Notes: generated from the letters alone by a model not told the origin. Counted from the first letter of the stretch, positions 44,780 to 55,340 are shown. The stretch is 64,000 nucleotides of DNA from an uncultured Acidimicrobiales bacterium (GCA_964618115.1 CAZTZI010000206.1:5779-69778), one strand, 5' to 3'. Numbers and translations: made by a program.

Positions 44780-46651
44780 ATGTCACCCTCCGGCAACGGT
44801 TCTGCAGTGACCACCGAGTTCGAGCCGATCCTCTTCGAGATCATCGAGGGCGCCATCGAGTCGGCGCGCCGCGAGATGGAGATCCAGGTGGAGCGCACGG
44901 CGCGCTCCACGATCGTGCGCGAGCAGCACGACCACCGGTCGGGCATCTTCGACTCGCACGGCAACAGCGTGACGGCCCTGTCGTTCGCGTCCGTGCCGAC
45001 GCCGATCATGAACAAGTTCGCCGGCAACATCCATCCGGACGACGTCTTCCTCTACAACGACCCCTACAAGTCCGATGGCGGCATCACGCACCTCGGCGAC
45101 ATGTGCATCACGCGGCCGGTCTTCGCCGACGGCCGGATCGTGGCATACGTGCAGGTGTTCGGCCACGTCAACGACATCGGGGGCCTGACCCCGGGCAGCG
45201 TTCCGCTCACGGCCTTCGAGATCTTCCAGGAGGGCTTCGTCGTCCCGCCCGTGAAGCTCTACGACCGCGGCCGGCTCAACGAGGCGCTCTTCGAGACCAT
45301 CCTGAACAACTCGCGGTTCCCCGACGACCTGCGAGCGGACATCGACGCATTCGTGAACGCCTGCGGCATCGGTGTCGTCCGGGTGCAGGAGTTGTGCGAG
45401 CGCTACGGATCCGAGGCGCTGGCGCAGACCTTCCAGGGGCTGCTCGACCGCTGCTCCCGCAGCCTGCGCGAGACGGTCCTGCCGATGATCCCCGACGGCT
45501 CGTACACCTTCGAGGACTTCTGCGAGTACGTGGACGTGCAGCCCCGTGAGCCGCGCCACTACGTCAAGCTGCGGGCCACGATGACGAAGACGCCCGACGG
45601 CATCAACTTCGATTTCTCCGGCACCGACCCCCAGATCAAGGGTTCCCTCAACTGGCCGGCGAACGGCCGGTACTACGCCAAGTCGCTCGGCACGCTCTTC
45701 TTGGCCTTCGCCCCGGACATGATCATCAACGACGGGGTCAACGAGGTCATCACGTGCACACTGCCCGAGCGCACCGTGCTCAGCCCCGAGTGGCCGGCCG
45801 CCTGCGGCTGGCGCACGTTCCCGCTGCTGCGCATCCTGGACCTCGGCCTCGGCATCCTGGCCAAGGCGTCAGGCGGTTTCGTGCCCGCGCCATCGGAGTC
45901 GATCTCCTCCTACGGGCTGTTCGGCCACAACGCCGACGGTGACTACTTCCTGCTGCGGGAGATCACCGGCGCCGGGTCCGGCGCCCGTCCCTTCGCCGAC
46001 GGCGCCGACACAGTCGACGTGGCCCCGGAGTCCCGGAACATGCCCGCGGAGTTCGCCGAGACCAACTTCCCGGTCCGGATCGCCCGGTTGGGCCTGCGCC
46101 GGGACTCCGGCGGGGCCGGCACGTTCCGCGGCGGCCTCGGCTATTTCAAGGACATCGAGATCCTCGTCGACGGCGAGATGCTGATCCACTCCGACCGCGC
46201 CACGCTGCAGCCGTGGGGGGTCAAGGGCGGCAGGGCCGGCCAGGGCTCGGTCTGGCTCCTGAACCCCGATACGCCCGCCGAGACCATCCTGCCGGGCAAG
46301 TCGGACTCGATCCCGGTCCGCAAGGGCGACATCCTGCGGGTGCTCAGCCCCGGCGGCGGCGGCTGGGGTGACCCCCTCGACCGCGATCCGGCCGCTGTGC
46401 TGCTGGACGTGCGGCGCGGCCTGGTCTCCCCCGACAGCGCTCGCGACGACTACGGCGTGCTGTTCCTGCCGACCGACGACGACTACGAACTCGAGTTGGA
46501 CAGCGCGGCAACGGAGGCACAGCGAGCAACCCTCCGAGCCGAGCGGCCGCCGCTGAAGCTGTTCGACCGCGGTGAGAACTTCTACAGGCTCGTCGAGGAG
46601 GGGAAGATCACCCTGACGAGCAGCGACGAGGCAATGGCCCCGGCAGGCTGA
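44780..46651 (+). CDS. Hydantoinase B/oxoprolinase family protein
   Basis: NDPY...THLGD, GHVNDIGG, EIFQEG, DSGGAGTFRGG and PGGGGWGDP. Confidence 0.95.
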   Translation: MSPSGNGSAVTTEFEPILFEIIEGAIESARREMEIQVERTARSTIVREQHDHRSGIFDSHGNSVTALSFASVPTPIMNKFAGNIHPDDVFLYNDPYKSDGGITHLGDMCITRPVFADGRIVAYVQVFGHVNDIGGLTPGSVPLTAFEIFQEGFVVPPVKLYDRGRLNEALFETILNNSRFPDDLRADIDAFVNACGIGVVRVQELCERYGSEALAQTFQGLLDRCSRSLRETVLPMIPDGSYTFEDFCEYVDVQPREPRHYVKLRATMTKTPDGINFDFSGTDPQIKGSLNWPANGRYYAKSLGTLFLAFAPDMIINDGVNEVITCTLPERTVLSPEWPAACGWRTFPLLRILDLGLGILAKASGGFVPAPSESISSYGLFGHNADGDYFLLREITGAGSGARPFADGADTVDVAPESRNMPAEFAETNFPVRIARLGLRRDSGGAGTFRGGLGYFKDIEILVDGEMLIHSDRATLQPWGVKGGRAGQGSVWLLNPDTPAETILPGKSDSIPVRKGDILRVLSPGGGGWGDPLDRDPAAVLLDVRRGLVSPDSARDDYGVLFLPTDDDYELELDSAATEAQRATLRAERPPLKLFDRGENFYRLVEEGKITLTSSDEAMAPAG

Positions 46652-47556
46652 TGCTGCGAGCCGCCGCCGTCCAGATCTGCCCGGTCGACGGGGACGCCGG
46701 CGCCACCCTCGACAAGGCCGAGCAGTGGCTCGCCGACGCCGGCGAGCAGGGCGTGAAGCTGGCGGTCCTCCCCGAGGGCTACCTGCCGGGCTTCGCACTG
46801 ATTCGAGAGGCCAAGGAGTCGGGCGACCCGCAGCGGCTCGCGGAGGTGTTCGCCGCATTCGACACGGTGCCCGGCGTCGCCACCGACCGAGTGGGGGCCA
46901 TCGCCCGTCGCTACGGCATGGTGGTCGCCTTCGGCATGCTGGCGCGCGCCACCGAGGGTGAGCGGCCCACCAACGTCTCGGTGCTGATCGACGAGAACGG
47001 CGACATCGCCAACGTGCATCGCAAGATCCACCTCACCCCCACCATCGAGGCCCCCGACTTCACCCCGGGCAACTCGCTCGCCGTCGCCGACACCGCCGCC
47101 GGCTGCGTGGGGAACATGATCTGCGCCGACTTCTCCCTCCCGGAAACCACGCGGATCCTGGCGATCAAGGGGGCCCGGGTGATCTGCGGATCCCTGGCGG
47201 GGTTCTACGTGGAAGGGCCCGACGCCGAGCAGGTCGTGCTCCACCTCTTCAAGCACTCCCACACGTCGCCGACCCGAGCCATCGACAACTCCGTCTACCT
47301 CGTGCTCGCCAACATGGTCGGACGCAGCGGGGATCTGGGGTTCTTCGGGAAGAGCCGGATCATCAACCCCGAGGGGCGCATCCTGGCCGAGGGAGGCGAG
47401 GGCACCGACTGCGAGGAGTTGGTCATCGCCGACATCGACCCGAGCGTCGACCGGGGGGACATGCCTTTCCGCCTGATCGACCGGCGCCGCCCCGACCTCT
47501 ACGAGGACATCCTCCTGCCGAATCCCAACGTCGGGGCGATCGAATGGCAGGGGTAG
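46651..47556 (+). CDS. Carbon-nitrogen hydrolase (nitrilase superfamily)
   Basis: VLPE (Glu), HRKIHL (Lys), ICAD (Cys), RAIDN and RRPDLY. Confidence 0.9.
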   Translation: MLRAAAVQICPVDGDAGATLDKAEQWLADAGEQGVKLAVLPEGYLPGFALIREAKESGDPQRLAEVFAAFDTVPGVATDRVGAIARRYGMVVAFGMLARATEGERPTNVSVLIDENGDIANVHRKIHLTPTIEAPDFTPGNSLAVADTAAGCVGNMICADFSLPETTRILAIKGARVICGSLAGFYVEGPDAEQVVLHLFKHSHTSPTRAIDNSVYLVLANMVGRSGDLGFFGKSRIINPEGRILAEGGEGTDCEELVIADIDPSVDRGDMPFRLIDRRRPDLYEDILLPNPNVGAIEWQG

Positions 47557-49475
47557 TCGAGACCGTCACCCACCCTCTCGAGCCGCTGACAGCAACCGAG
47601 ATCGAACGCGCCACGGCCATCATCCGGCGAGAATGCGCCGGTATGGAGCGGCTGCGGTTCCCCCTCCTGATGCTCGCCGAGCCCCCCAAGGACGAGGTGT
47701 ACGGGTTCGAGCCCGGCGATCCGATCCACCGCCGGGCGCGCGCCACCCTGCTGAACCGGGCCGATGGCGCTGCCTACGAGGCCGTGGTGTCGCTGAACGA
47801 GGGCCGGATCACCTCGTGGCGCTCGCTCGAGGGGGCGCAGCCTCCGATCCTCATGGAGGAATTCGCCACCGTCGACGAACTCGTGAAGAACGACGAGCGC
47901 TGGCGCGCTGCCCTGGCGCGGCGCGGTGTCACCGATTTCGACATGGTGCAGGTGGACCTCTGGTCGGTTGGCGATTTCCCGATCGAGGGAGTCGACCCGA
48001 ATCGGCGCCTGGTCCGGGCGGCGTCCTACCTGCGGCACGCCCCCACCGACAACGGCTACGCCAAGCCCATCGAGAACGTCGTGGCCATCGTGGACCTCAA
48101 CGAGAACCGGGTGCTCAAGGTCCTCGACGGCGAGGTCGTCCCGATCCCTCCCGAGTCGGGCAACTACGACGCCACCTCAGTGGGCCAATTGCGCACCGAC
48201 CTGAAGCCCCTCGACATCGTCCAACCCGAGGGACCGAGCTTCTCCATCGAGGGGAACCTGCTGAGTTGGCAGCGCTGGAGCGTCCGGGTCTCGATGCACC
48301 CGACCGACGGGCTCGTGCTCCATCAGGTGGCCTACGACGACGGCGGGAACCGCCGTTCCATCCTCTACCGCGCCGCCCTGTCGGAGATGGTCGTGCCCTA
48401 CGGGGACGGCACCGACGCCTTCCACTGGCGCAATGCGTTCGACGCCGGCGAGTATGGCATGGGCCGGAACATGGGCTCCCTGACCCTGGGGTGCGACTGC
48501 CTCGGCGAGATCCGCTACCTGGACACCGTCGTGGCCGATGACGACGGTCAGCCCACTCTGTGCCGGAATGTCGTCTGCATCCACGAGGAGGACTACTCGA
48601 TCCTCTGGAAGCACTTGGACCTCAGCACGGGTTCCAGTGAGGTGAGGAGGTCGCGACGCCTCGTCGTCTCGTGCATCGGCACGCTCGGCAACTACGAGTA
48701 CGGCTTCTACTGGTACTTCTACCAGGACGGCCACATGGAGTTCGAGATCAAGCTCACCGGCGTGGTGCAGACGCGCGCCCTTCCGCCGGGCGGCGTCGAC
48801 GACTACGGCACGCTCGTCTCAACTGATCTCAGCGCGGTCCTCCACCAGCACATCTTCAACATGCGCCTCGACTTCGACGTGGACGGGGCGGACAACTCCG
48901 TCGTCGAGGTCGACACCGTGCCGCTGCCACCCGGAGAGGCCAATCCGCATCTCAATGCCTTCGGTGGCAAGGAATCGCTGCTGGAGAGCGAGCAGCAGGC
49001 ACAGCGGATCATCGACCCGCTGAAGGCGCGCTACTGGAAGATCGTGAACCCCTCCAGACTCAACCGGTTCGGCCGGCCGGTGGCCTACAAGCTGCTGCCG
49101 GAGGCGAGCTCGCTCATGCTCGCCGCGCCGGAGTCACGAGTGGCGGCACGAGCCCGGTTCGCGCAGAAGCACCTCTGGGTTACCCCGTACCATCCCGATG
49201 AGATGCACGCCGCCGGCGACTACCCCAACCAGAGCACCGGTGAGGACGGGCTGCCCCGCTGGACCGCGCAGGATCGCAGCACCACCGACACCGACGTGGT
49301 GGTGTGGCACACCTTCGGGGTCTCACACATCCCGCGACCCGAGGACTGGCCGATCATGCCGGTCGAGCGCATCGGGTTCCAGTTGCTGCCCGTGGGCTTC
49401 TTCGACCGCAACCCGTCGCTGGATGTCGCGCCCCCGGAGGCGGCCTGCCACACCGGCGGCGACTGCGACGAGTAA
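47544..49475 (+). CDS. Copper/topaquinone primary-amine oxidase
   Basis: HPLEPLT, EMVVPYGD, FDAGEYG, LGCDCLG, TLGNYEY (TPQ consensus), HQH and HIPRPEDWPIMP. Confidence 0.95.
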   Translation: MAGVVETVTHPLEPLTATEIERATAIIRRECAGMERLRFPLLMLAEPPKDEVYGFEPGDPIHRRARATLLNRADGAAYEAVVSLNEGRITSWRSLEGAQPPILMEEFATVDELVKNDERWRAALARRGVTDFDMVQVDLWSVGDFPIEGVDPNRRLVRAASYLRHAPTDNGYAKPIENVVAIVDLNENRVLKVLDGEVVPIPPESGNYDATSVGQLRTDLKPLDIVQPEGPSFSIEGNLLSWQRWSVRVSMHPTDGLVLHQVAYDDGGNRRSILYRAALSEMVVPYGDGTDAFHWRNAFDAGEYGMGRNMGSLTLGCDCLGEIRYLDTVVADDDGQPTLCRNVVCIHEEDYSILWKHLDLSTGSSEVRRSRRLVVSCIGTLGNYEYGFYWYFYQDGHMEFEIKLTGVVQTRALPPGGVDDYGTLVSTDLSAVLHQHIFNMRLDFDVDGADNSVVEVDTVPLPPGEANPHLNAFGGKESLLESEQQAQRIIDPLKARYWKIVNPSRLNRFGRPVAYKLLPEASSLMLAAPESRVAARARFAQKHLWVTPYHPDEMHAAGDYPNQSTGEDGLPRWTAQDRSTTDTDVVVWHTFGVSHIPRPEDWPIMPVERIGFQLLPVGFFDRNPSLDVAPPEAACHTGGDCDE

Positions 49476-49567
49476 GCACGGACCCGGTCCCCGGTGTCCG
49501 GCCGTCCACCGGCGCGCCGGTGACGGGATTCGACTAGAAACTGCACCCGACGAGAGAGGGAACCAGC

Positions 49568-50476
49568 ATGGACCATCGCAACCGTGACGACCCGCAATTC
49601 TTCGACGTGTTGGCCTTGCCGTGGGAAACCGTCCGCGGCGCGAAGTTCCTGCATGGCGCCGAGACGCGCACCATGTCGGAGCGTCCCGAGACGGGATGCG
49701 GCAGCTACATGGTCAAGATGCCGGCGGGTTGGTCGCACATCGAGCAGGCCGACGAGGGGGCCCTGGAGATCTTCGTCGTGGAGGGCGACCTGACCGCCAA
49801 CGGCCGAACCGTCGGCGCCGGAGGTTACGCGGCGGTTCCGAAGGGTTGCGGCCCGTTGGAACTCGCCACCGAGGGCGGCTTTCAGGCCTACGCCTTCTGG
49901 AATCCGGTCTGGGCCGAGGGCTACTACTACGACGACCAGCCGTTCGTGGCCAAGGTCTGGGAGATCGATTGGATCCTCACCGAGATGCCCGGTCTGCGCC
50001 ACGGCATCATGCACAAGTCCCTGCGGTGGCCCGATCCGGCCGAGGGCCTGTTCCACGGCGGCCCCGGCGGGATGCTGCGATTCATCCACATGGCGCCGGG
50101 CTTCGGCGAGCCCCGCCAGGAGGTCCACTGGGACACCTGGGAGGAGATGGTCTGGCTGGCCGGCGACCTGCTCATGCCCGAGCGGGGCATGCACGCCCCC
50201 GGGTCGTTCCTGGCGAATCCCGCCGGTCTGAAGCACGGGCCGCTGCTCACCGCCAAGGGAAGCCTGTTGATGCTCCACTGCGAGGCTCCCATGGGTGCGC
50301 AGTTCTACGAACTGACCAACGACGAGGGCGAAGAGGTCGGCACCGAGTTGGTGGCGGACTTCCACGATGGCGAGTCGTGGTTGGAGGCTCCCCGGCACAC
50401 CGACTGGGACGAGCGGCGCGAGCAGCCGATCTATCCGAGCACGACACCGGTGTACGCCGTCCCCGACGACGCCTAG
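49568..50476 (+). CDS. Tandem cupin (DUF4437/ChrR-like) protein, paralog of 41645-42568
   Basis: KSLRWPDP...HGGPGGMLR...QEVHWDTWEEMVWLAGD...HGPLLT. Confidence 0.75.
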   Translation: MDHRNRDDPQFFDVLALPWETVRGAKFLHGAETRTMSERPETGCGSYMVKMPAGWSHIEQADEGALEIFVVEGDLTANGRTVGAGGYAAVPKGCGPLELATEGGFQAYAFWNPVWAEGYYYDDQPFVAKVWEIDWILTEMPGLRHGIMHKSLRWPDPAEGLFHGGPGGMLRFIHMAPGFGEPRQEVHWDTWEEMVWLAGDLLMPERGMHAPGSFLANPAGLKHGPLLTAKGSLLMLHCEAPMGAQFYELTNDEGEEVGTELVADFHDGESWLEAPRHTDWDERREQPIYPSTTPVYAVPDDA

Positions 50477-50509
50477 AGGACCACTGGACAAGTCAAGGAG
50501 GACAGAGGC

Positions 50510-50932
50510 ATGGCGGAGATGAGCAACGCCGACCTGGTGCGCAAGACCTACGACGCATTCAACAGTCGCGACTTCGAGGCGGCGATCGAGTGCGTGCACG
50601 AGGACCTGGACTGGACGGAGGTGGCCAGCGGGCGCCGCTACCGGGGGCCGGAGGGGATGCTGCGAGAGTACAGCGAGTGGGCTCGGGCCTTCCCCGACGG
50701 CTCGGCCGAGATCACCAACCTCATCGACGGCGGCGAGTGGGTGGTCGTGGAGTTCACGGTCCGGGGCACCAACACCGGGCCCATGATGGGTCCCGACGGC
50801 GAGATCCCGCCCTCGAACAAGAAGATCGAACTGCAGTCCTGCGACGTCCTGCGCGTCGTGGACGGCCGCGTCGCCGGCGGCCGGAGCTACTTCGACCTCA
50901 ACACGGTCAGCCGTCAGGTCGCCGGGGGCTGA
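50510..50932 (+). CDS. SnoaL-like ester cyclase / NTF2-fold protein
   Basis: YDAFNSRD, AFPD, VVVEFTVRGTNTG and YFD. Confidence 0.85.
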   Translation: MAEMSNADLVRKTYDAFNSRDFEAAIECVHEDLDWTEVASGRRYRGPEGMLREYSEWARAFPDGSAEITNLIDGGEWVVVEFTVRGTNTGPMMGPDGEIPPSNKKIELQSCDVLRVVDGRVAGGRSYFDLNTVSRQVAGG

Positions 50933-50990
50933 GCGGGGATCCCGCACCCCGTCGCGGCGCCGGCTGTCCGGGGCGCCACGACGCGATCGA

Positions 50991-52184
50991 TCAGACGATG
51001 CCGCCGGCGACCAGTGCGGCCACCTCGTCGCTGCTGAGGCCGAGCAGGCCGCTGAGGATCTCCGCGTTGTGCTCGCCGAGGCCGGGACCGGGCCAGCGCA
51101 GCCGTCCGGGAGTCTCCGACAGCTTCGGCACGACGTTCTGCATCGGCAGTTCACCGATCTCCGGATGCGTGAGCCGTACGATGGCCTCCCGGGCTGCGAA
51201 GTGCGGATCGCGCAGCATCTCCGGAGCCCGGTAGATGTGGCCGGTGGGCACCCCGTGTTGCTCCAGGACGTCGTTCAGCTCCCCGGCATCCAGCCCGGCG
51301 CTCCAGGTCGAGATCAGCTCATCCAGTTCCGCCTGGTGGGCGCCGCGGGCCACGTGTGTGGCGTAGCGCTCGTCCGTGGCCAGGTCCGGCCGCCCCATGG
51401 CCTCGGCCAGCCGGCCGAAGACCGTGTCCTGGTTGGCGGCAATGATCACCATCTGCCCGTCGGCGGTGGGGTACACGTTCGACGGCGCAACGTTGGGGAG
51501 GATCGCGCCGGTGCGCTCCCGCACATAGCCCGCCACGGCGAATTCCGGTATCAGCGACTCCATCACCCCCAGAACCGCCTCGTAGATGGCCGAGTCCACC
51601 ACTTGGCCACGGCCGGTGCGCGCCCGGGCGTGCAGGGCGCAGAGCGCCCCGACGCAGGCGAAGGTGGCGGCCAGCGTGTCACCGATGCTGATGCCGACCC
51701 TGCTCGGCGGGGAGCCGGGATTGCCGACCACGTACCGCAGCCCTCCCATGGCCTCGCCGACCGAGCCGTAGCCGGGCCGCCCGGCGTACGGGCCGGTCTG
51801 ACCGAATCCCGTCACCCGGACGAGGATCAGGCGCGGGTTGATCGCCGCAAGATCCTCGTAGCCCAGCCCCCAGCGCTCCAACGTCCCGGGCCGGAAGTTC
51901 TCAACCATGATGTCCGAGGAGGCAACGAGCCTCCGCACGAGGTCCTGGCCACGGGGTTCGCGCAGGTTGAGGGTGATCGACTTCTTGTTGCGGGCCACGA
52001 CGGGCCACCACAGCGAGTGCCCCCCGGCGCGTTCCCGACCCCACTGCCGCATCGGGTCGCCGACACCGGGTTGCTCGATCTTGATGACCTCGGCGCCGAA
52101 GTCAGCGAGGAGTTGCCCGCAGAACGGCCCGGCCAGTAGGACGCCGGTCTCGAGGACGCGGAGTCCGTCGAGCGCCGGCGTCAT
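50991..52184 (-). CDS. Family III CoA-transferase (CaiB/BaiF)
   Basis: LDGLRVLE, LAGPF, ARNKKSITLNL, ENFRPGTLERWGL and GPGLGEHN. Confidence 0.93.
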   Translation of the reverse strand: MTPALDGLRVLETGVLLAGPFCGQLLADFGAEVIKIEQPGVGDPMRQWGRERAGGHSLWWPVVARNKKSITLNLREPRGQDLVRRLVASSDIMVENFRPGTLERWGLGYEDLAAINPRLILVRVTGFGQTGPYAGRPGYGSVGEAMGGLRYVVGNPGSPPSRVGISIGDTLAATFACVGALCALHARARTGRGQVVDSAIYEAVLGVMESLIPEFAVAGYVRERTGAILPNVAPSNVYPTADGQMVIIAANQDTVFGRLAEAMGRPDLATDERYATHVARGAHQAELDELISTWSAGLDAGELNDVLEQHGVPTGHIYRAPEMLRDPHFAAREAIVRLTHPEIGELPMQNVVPKLSETPGRLRWPGPGLGEHNAEILSGLLGLSSDEVAALVAGGIV

Positions 52185-52241
52185 CGATCGTTCCTCCGGC
52201 CGCTGGCTGCCGGCCGCGCCCCTGGCTGCGAACGACGCCTG

Positions 52242-52739
52242 CTACAGGGCGCTGAGAGCGGCGTCGTAGTCCGGTTCGTCGCTGATCGGATTCACGAGTT
52301 CGGAATGGGCGACGTTGCCATCCTCGTCGATCACCACCACGGCCCTCGCGCACAGCCCTGCCAGCGGCCCATCGGCGATCTGCACGCCGTAGGCGTCGTA
52401 GAAGTCCGGCGAGCGGAACGTCGACGCGCAGGACACATTCTCGATGCCCTCGTCGCCGCAGAACCGTGCGGCCGCGAACGGCAGATCCACCGAGACGCAC
52501 AGGACGGTGGTGTTGCCGAGGCCCGCGGCCCGCTCGTTGAACGTCCTCACCGAGGTGGCGCACGTCGGTGTGTCGATACTCGGGAAGATGTTCAGCACCA
52601 CGCGCTGTCCGGCGAAGTCGCCGAGGCTCACCGGCGCCAAGCCGTCGCCGGTGAGGCTGAAGTCCGGAGCGGGCGCACCCACGCCGGGCAGGTCGCCGCC
52701 GGTGTGCATGATGGTCCCGCGAAATTCGATTTCAGGCAT
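52242..52739 (-). CDS. tpx: Thiol peroxidase (atypical 2-Cys peroxiredoxin)
   Basis: LNIFPSIDTPTCATSVRTFN, SVDLPFAAARFC, GPLAGLCARAV and EPDYDAAL. Confidence 0.95.
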   Translation of the reverse strand: MPEIEFRGTIMHTGGDLPGVGAPAPDFSLTGDGLAPVSLGDFAGQRVVLNIFPSIDTPTCATSVRTFNERAAGLGNTTVLCVSVDLPFAAARFCGDEGIENVSCASTFRSPDFYDAYGVQIADGPLAGLCARAVVVIDEDGNVAHSELVNPISDEPDYDAALSAL

Positions 52740-53040
52740 GGTGGATCCTCCTCGGTGATTCCTTCGCCGCTGTTTTCTAGCGGATCCGCGGGCTGATGCC
52801 TCCGGCCGCGGCCCGCGGCGGGCAGATCGCCGACGCAGGAGCCCCCGGACTCACCGATTCGGTGACCTGGGCGTCGCGCACGCTCGCTCGAGGCGCGGGT
52901 GACACTCTGCACGGATTCGTCGCGCGCTCCGATGGCAGATGCGGGGCACCGAAACCGGTACCGTGAATCGCGAACATCGTCCCGATCATGGGCAGTCCCC
53001 CGGCGCCCGCAGCGGCGGAGACTTGAGACTCGAGGAGATC

Positions 53041-54828
53041 ATGAGCACCTACCGCCCGCCACTGCAGGAGATGCAGTTCGTCCTCGAGCACCTCTGCGAC
53101 GTGCGCTCGCTGGCCAAGCTGGAGGCGTTCCAGTCCTTCGATCCCGACAGCCTCGAGGACATCCTCGCCGAGGCCGGCCGCTTCTTCACGGAGGTCTTCG
53201 CTCCGCTGAACCGCACGGGCGACACCACGCCCAGCGTGCGCAACGATGACGGAAGCGTCACGACGCCACCCGGATTCCGCGAGGCCTACGAGGCCTACGT
53301 GGATGCAGGCTGGGGCGCGGCGGCCTTCGACCCCGAACTCGGCGGGGGCGGCCTGCCGTGGGCGGTCGGGCTGGCCCTGCAGGAGATGATGACGGCCTCC
53401 AACCTGGCGCTCTCGCTGTGCCCGCTGCTGACGCAGGGAGGTATCCATCTGCTGGATCTGCACAGCAGCCCGGCCCAGCGAGCCGAGTACCTGCCGAAGC
53501 TCGTCGCCGGTGAGTGGACAGCCACGATGCTGCTGACCGAACCCCACGCGGGCTCGGATCTCGGCGCCCTGTCGACACGCGCCGAGCCGGCCACCGACGG
53601 CAGCTACCGCCTGTTCGGCCAGAAGATCTTCATCACCTGGGGCGAGCACGACATGGCCGCCAACACCATCCACCTCGTCCTGGCGCGCACACCGGACGCT
53701 CCCCGCGGATCGCGGGGAATCTCGTGCTTCATCGTGCCCAAGTACCTGCCCGACGCAGCCGGGCTCCCGGGAGAGCGCAACGACATCAGCTGCGTCTCGA
53801 TCGAGCACAAGCTGGGCATCCACGCCAGCCCCACCTGCGTGATGTCCCTCGGCGAGCGCGACGGTGCCGTGGGCTACCTCATCGGCGAGGAGAACATGGG
53901 AATGGTCTACATGTTCACGATGATGAACAACGCCCGGCTCGGTGTCGGTCTCGAGGGTGTCGGTGTCGCAGACCGGGCCTACCAGCAGGCTCTCGACTTC
54001 ACGACCGAGCGCCTGCAGGGCCGCCGGCCCACCACAGCGCCGGGTGAGCGAGCCGCCATCATCGAGCACCCCGACGTGCGGCGCATGTTGCTGACCCAGA
54101 AGGCCTACATCGAGGCGATGCGCTGCCTGTGCTATTTCAACGCCACCGCCCTGGACCTCGCCCAGCACCACCCCGACGAGGCGGAACGGCGCGCCGCGCA
54201 GGAGTTGTGCGACCTGCTGACACCCCTGTCCAAGGCCTGGTGCACCGACGTGGCGAACGAGACAACCTCCATCGCGCTGCAAATCCACGGCGGCATGGGC
54301 TACGTGGAGGAGACCGGAGCGGCGCAGTACTGCCGGGACGTGCGCATCGCCGCCATCTACGAGGGCACCAACGGCATCCAGGCCATAGACCTCGTCGGGC
54401 GCAAGCTGCCCGTGCGCGGCGGCGCGGTCGTCCACGAGTTGCTGGACCGCGTCAACTCGACCGCCGAGGCGCTGCACGACGATCTCTCGACCCTCCGGGC
54501 GCCGCTGACCGAGGCCGCCGCTGCGGCACGCTCCTGCACCGATTGGCTGCTGGCGCATCCGGGCGACGCGGCCCTGGCAGGCGCCACCCCCTACCTGCGC
54601 CTACTGGCCAGCGTCGTGGGGGCGTGGTTGCTCGCCCGCTCGGCGGGGAATGCGCGTGCCGAGATCGTCGCCGGGGCAACCGGAACCGAAGCCGAGGCTC
54701 TGGAGGCCAAGATGGTCACCGCCGAGTTCTTCTGCCGCCAGTTGCTGCCGCAGGCCCTGGGCCTGGCACCGGCCGTCACCGGCGGTGCCGAGATCCTCGC
54801 CGCCCTCAGCGCCGATCAGCTGCGCTAG
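53041..54828 (+). CDS. Acyl-CoA dehydrogenase (DmdC/FadE5-like long type)
   Basis: YRPPLQEM, TMLLTEPHAGSDLG, GQKIFITWGEHD, EHKLGIHASPT and IYEGTNGIQAIDL. Confidence 0.93.
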   Translation: MSTYRPPLQEMQFVLEHLCDVRSLAKLEAFQSFDPDSLEDILAEAGRFFTEVFAPLNRTGDTTPSVRNDDGSVTTPPGFREAYEAYVDAGWGAAAFDPELGGGGLPWAVGLALQEMMTASNLALSLCPLLTQGGIHLLDLHSSPAQRAEYLPKLVAGEWTATMLLTEPHAGSDLGALSTRAEPATDGSYRLFGQKIFITWGEHDMAANTIHLVLARTPDAPRGSRGISCFIVPKYLPDAAGLPGERNDISCVSIEHKLGIHASPTCVMSLGERDGAVGYLIGEENMGMVYMFTMMNNARLGVGLEGVGVADRAYQQALDFTTERLQGRRPTTAPGERAAIIEHPDVRRMLLTQKAYIEAMRCLCYFNATALDLAQHHPDEAERRAAQELCDLLTPLSKAWCTDVANETTSIALQIHGGMGYVEETGAAQYCRDVRIAAIYEGTNGIQAIDLVGRKLPVRGGAVVHELLDRVNSTAEALHDDLSTLRAPLTEAAAAARSCTDWLLAHPGDAALAGATPYLRLLASVVGAWLLARSAGNARAEIVAGATGTEAEALEAKMVTAEFFCRQLLPQALGLAPAVTGGAEILAALSADQLR

Positions 54829-54923
54829 CGCTCGCCCGGCGGCGGCAGGCCGAGAACCCGGCATCCACTCACCGGGTCGGCTCCCCCGATGATCGCAGAC
54901 ATTGTGCAAACTACGACGCCGGT

Positions 54924-55079
54924 TCAGCGGCCCTCAATGCGAGACACGCGCTCGGCAAGGGCACTCAAACGATCGCTCAGAGAATCGACCGCGGCCCTCA
55001 GGTCGCGGATATCCAGCTTGAGCCAGCCGAACAGGACGAGCATCAAGCCTGCCAACCCTGCGAACTGCCCCCAATCCAC
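54924..55079 (-). CDS. 51-aa TM + coiled-coil microprotein (copy A; absent from ORF track)
   Basis: GTG start after GAGGAGG; MDWGQFAGLAGLMLVLFGWLKLDIRDLRAAVDSLSDRLSALAERVSRIEGR. Confidence 0.75.
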   Translation of the reverse strand: MDWGQFAGLAGLMLVLFGWLKLDIRDLRAAVDSLSDRLSALAERVSRIEGR

Positions 55080-55148
55080 ACTTCCTCCTCGAGACTCTCC
55101 TCAATCCTGAAATGCTCGGGGAAGCGAGGCAAGCGTACCAGGCCGAGG

Positions 55149-55340
55149 CTAGGGGGCAGACCCTCGAGGACCGGCCCGCTCCTCGAGACGCGCGAGCCGC
55201 TCGCCGTGATCCCGCAACCGCTCATCAACGTTGGCGAGGCGCTCGTAGACGCGGGCGAACCCGTCGCGGATGTCCAACTTCAACCAGCCGAACAGCACCA
55301 GCATCAGGCCGCTCAGACCCGCGAACTGCCCCCAATCCAT
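55149..55340 (-). CDS. 63-aa TM + coiled-coil microprotein (copy B)
   Basis: ATG after AGGAGG; MDWGQFAGLSGLMLVLFGWLKLDIRDGFARVYERLANVDERLRDHGERLARLEER; first 26 aa differ from copy A at one residue. Confidence 0.75.
   Translation of the reverse strand: MDWGQFAGLSGLMLVLFGWLKLDIRDGFARVYERLANVDERLRDHGERLARLEERAGPRGSAP

Noticed and set aside
49502-49526. Intrinsic terminator after the amine oxidase (CCGTCCACCGG-CGCG-CCGGTGACGG)
   Set aside because: A hairpin is possible but has no U-tract, and such stems arise readily in GC-rich DNA.
53041-54828. dmdC of DMSP catabolism
   Set aside because: Family resemblance only; no other dmd genes here and specificity cannot be read from sequence.
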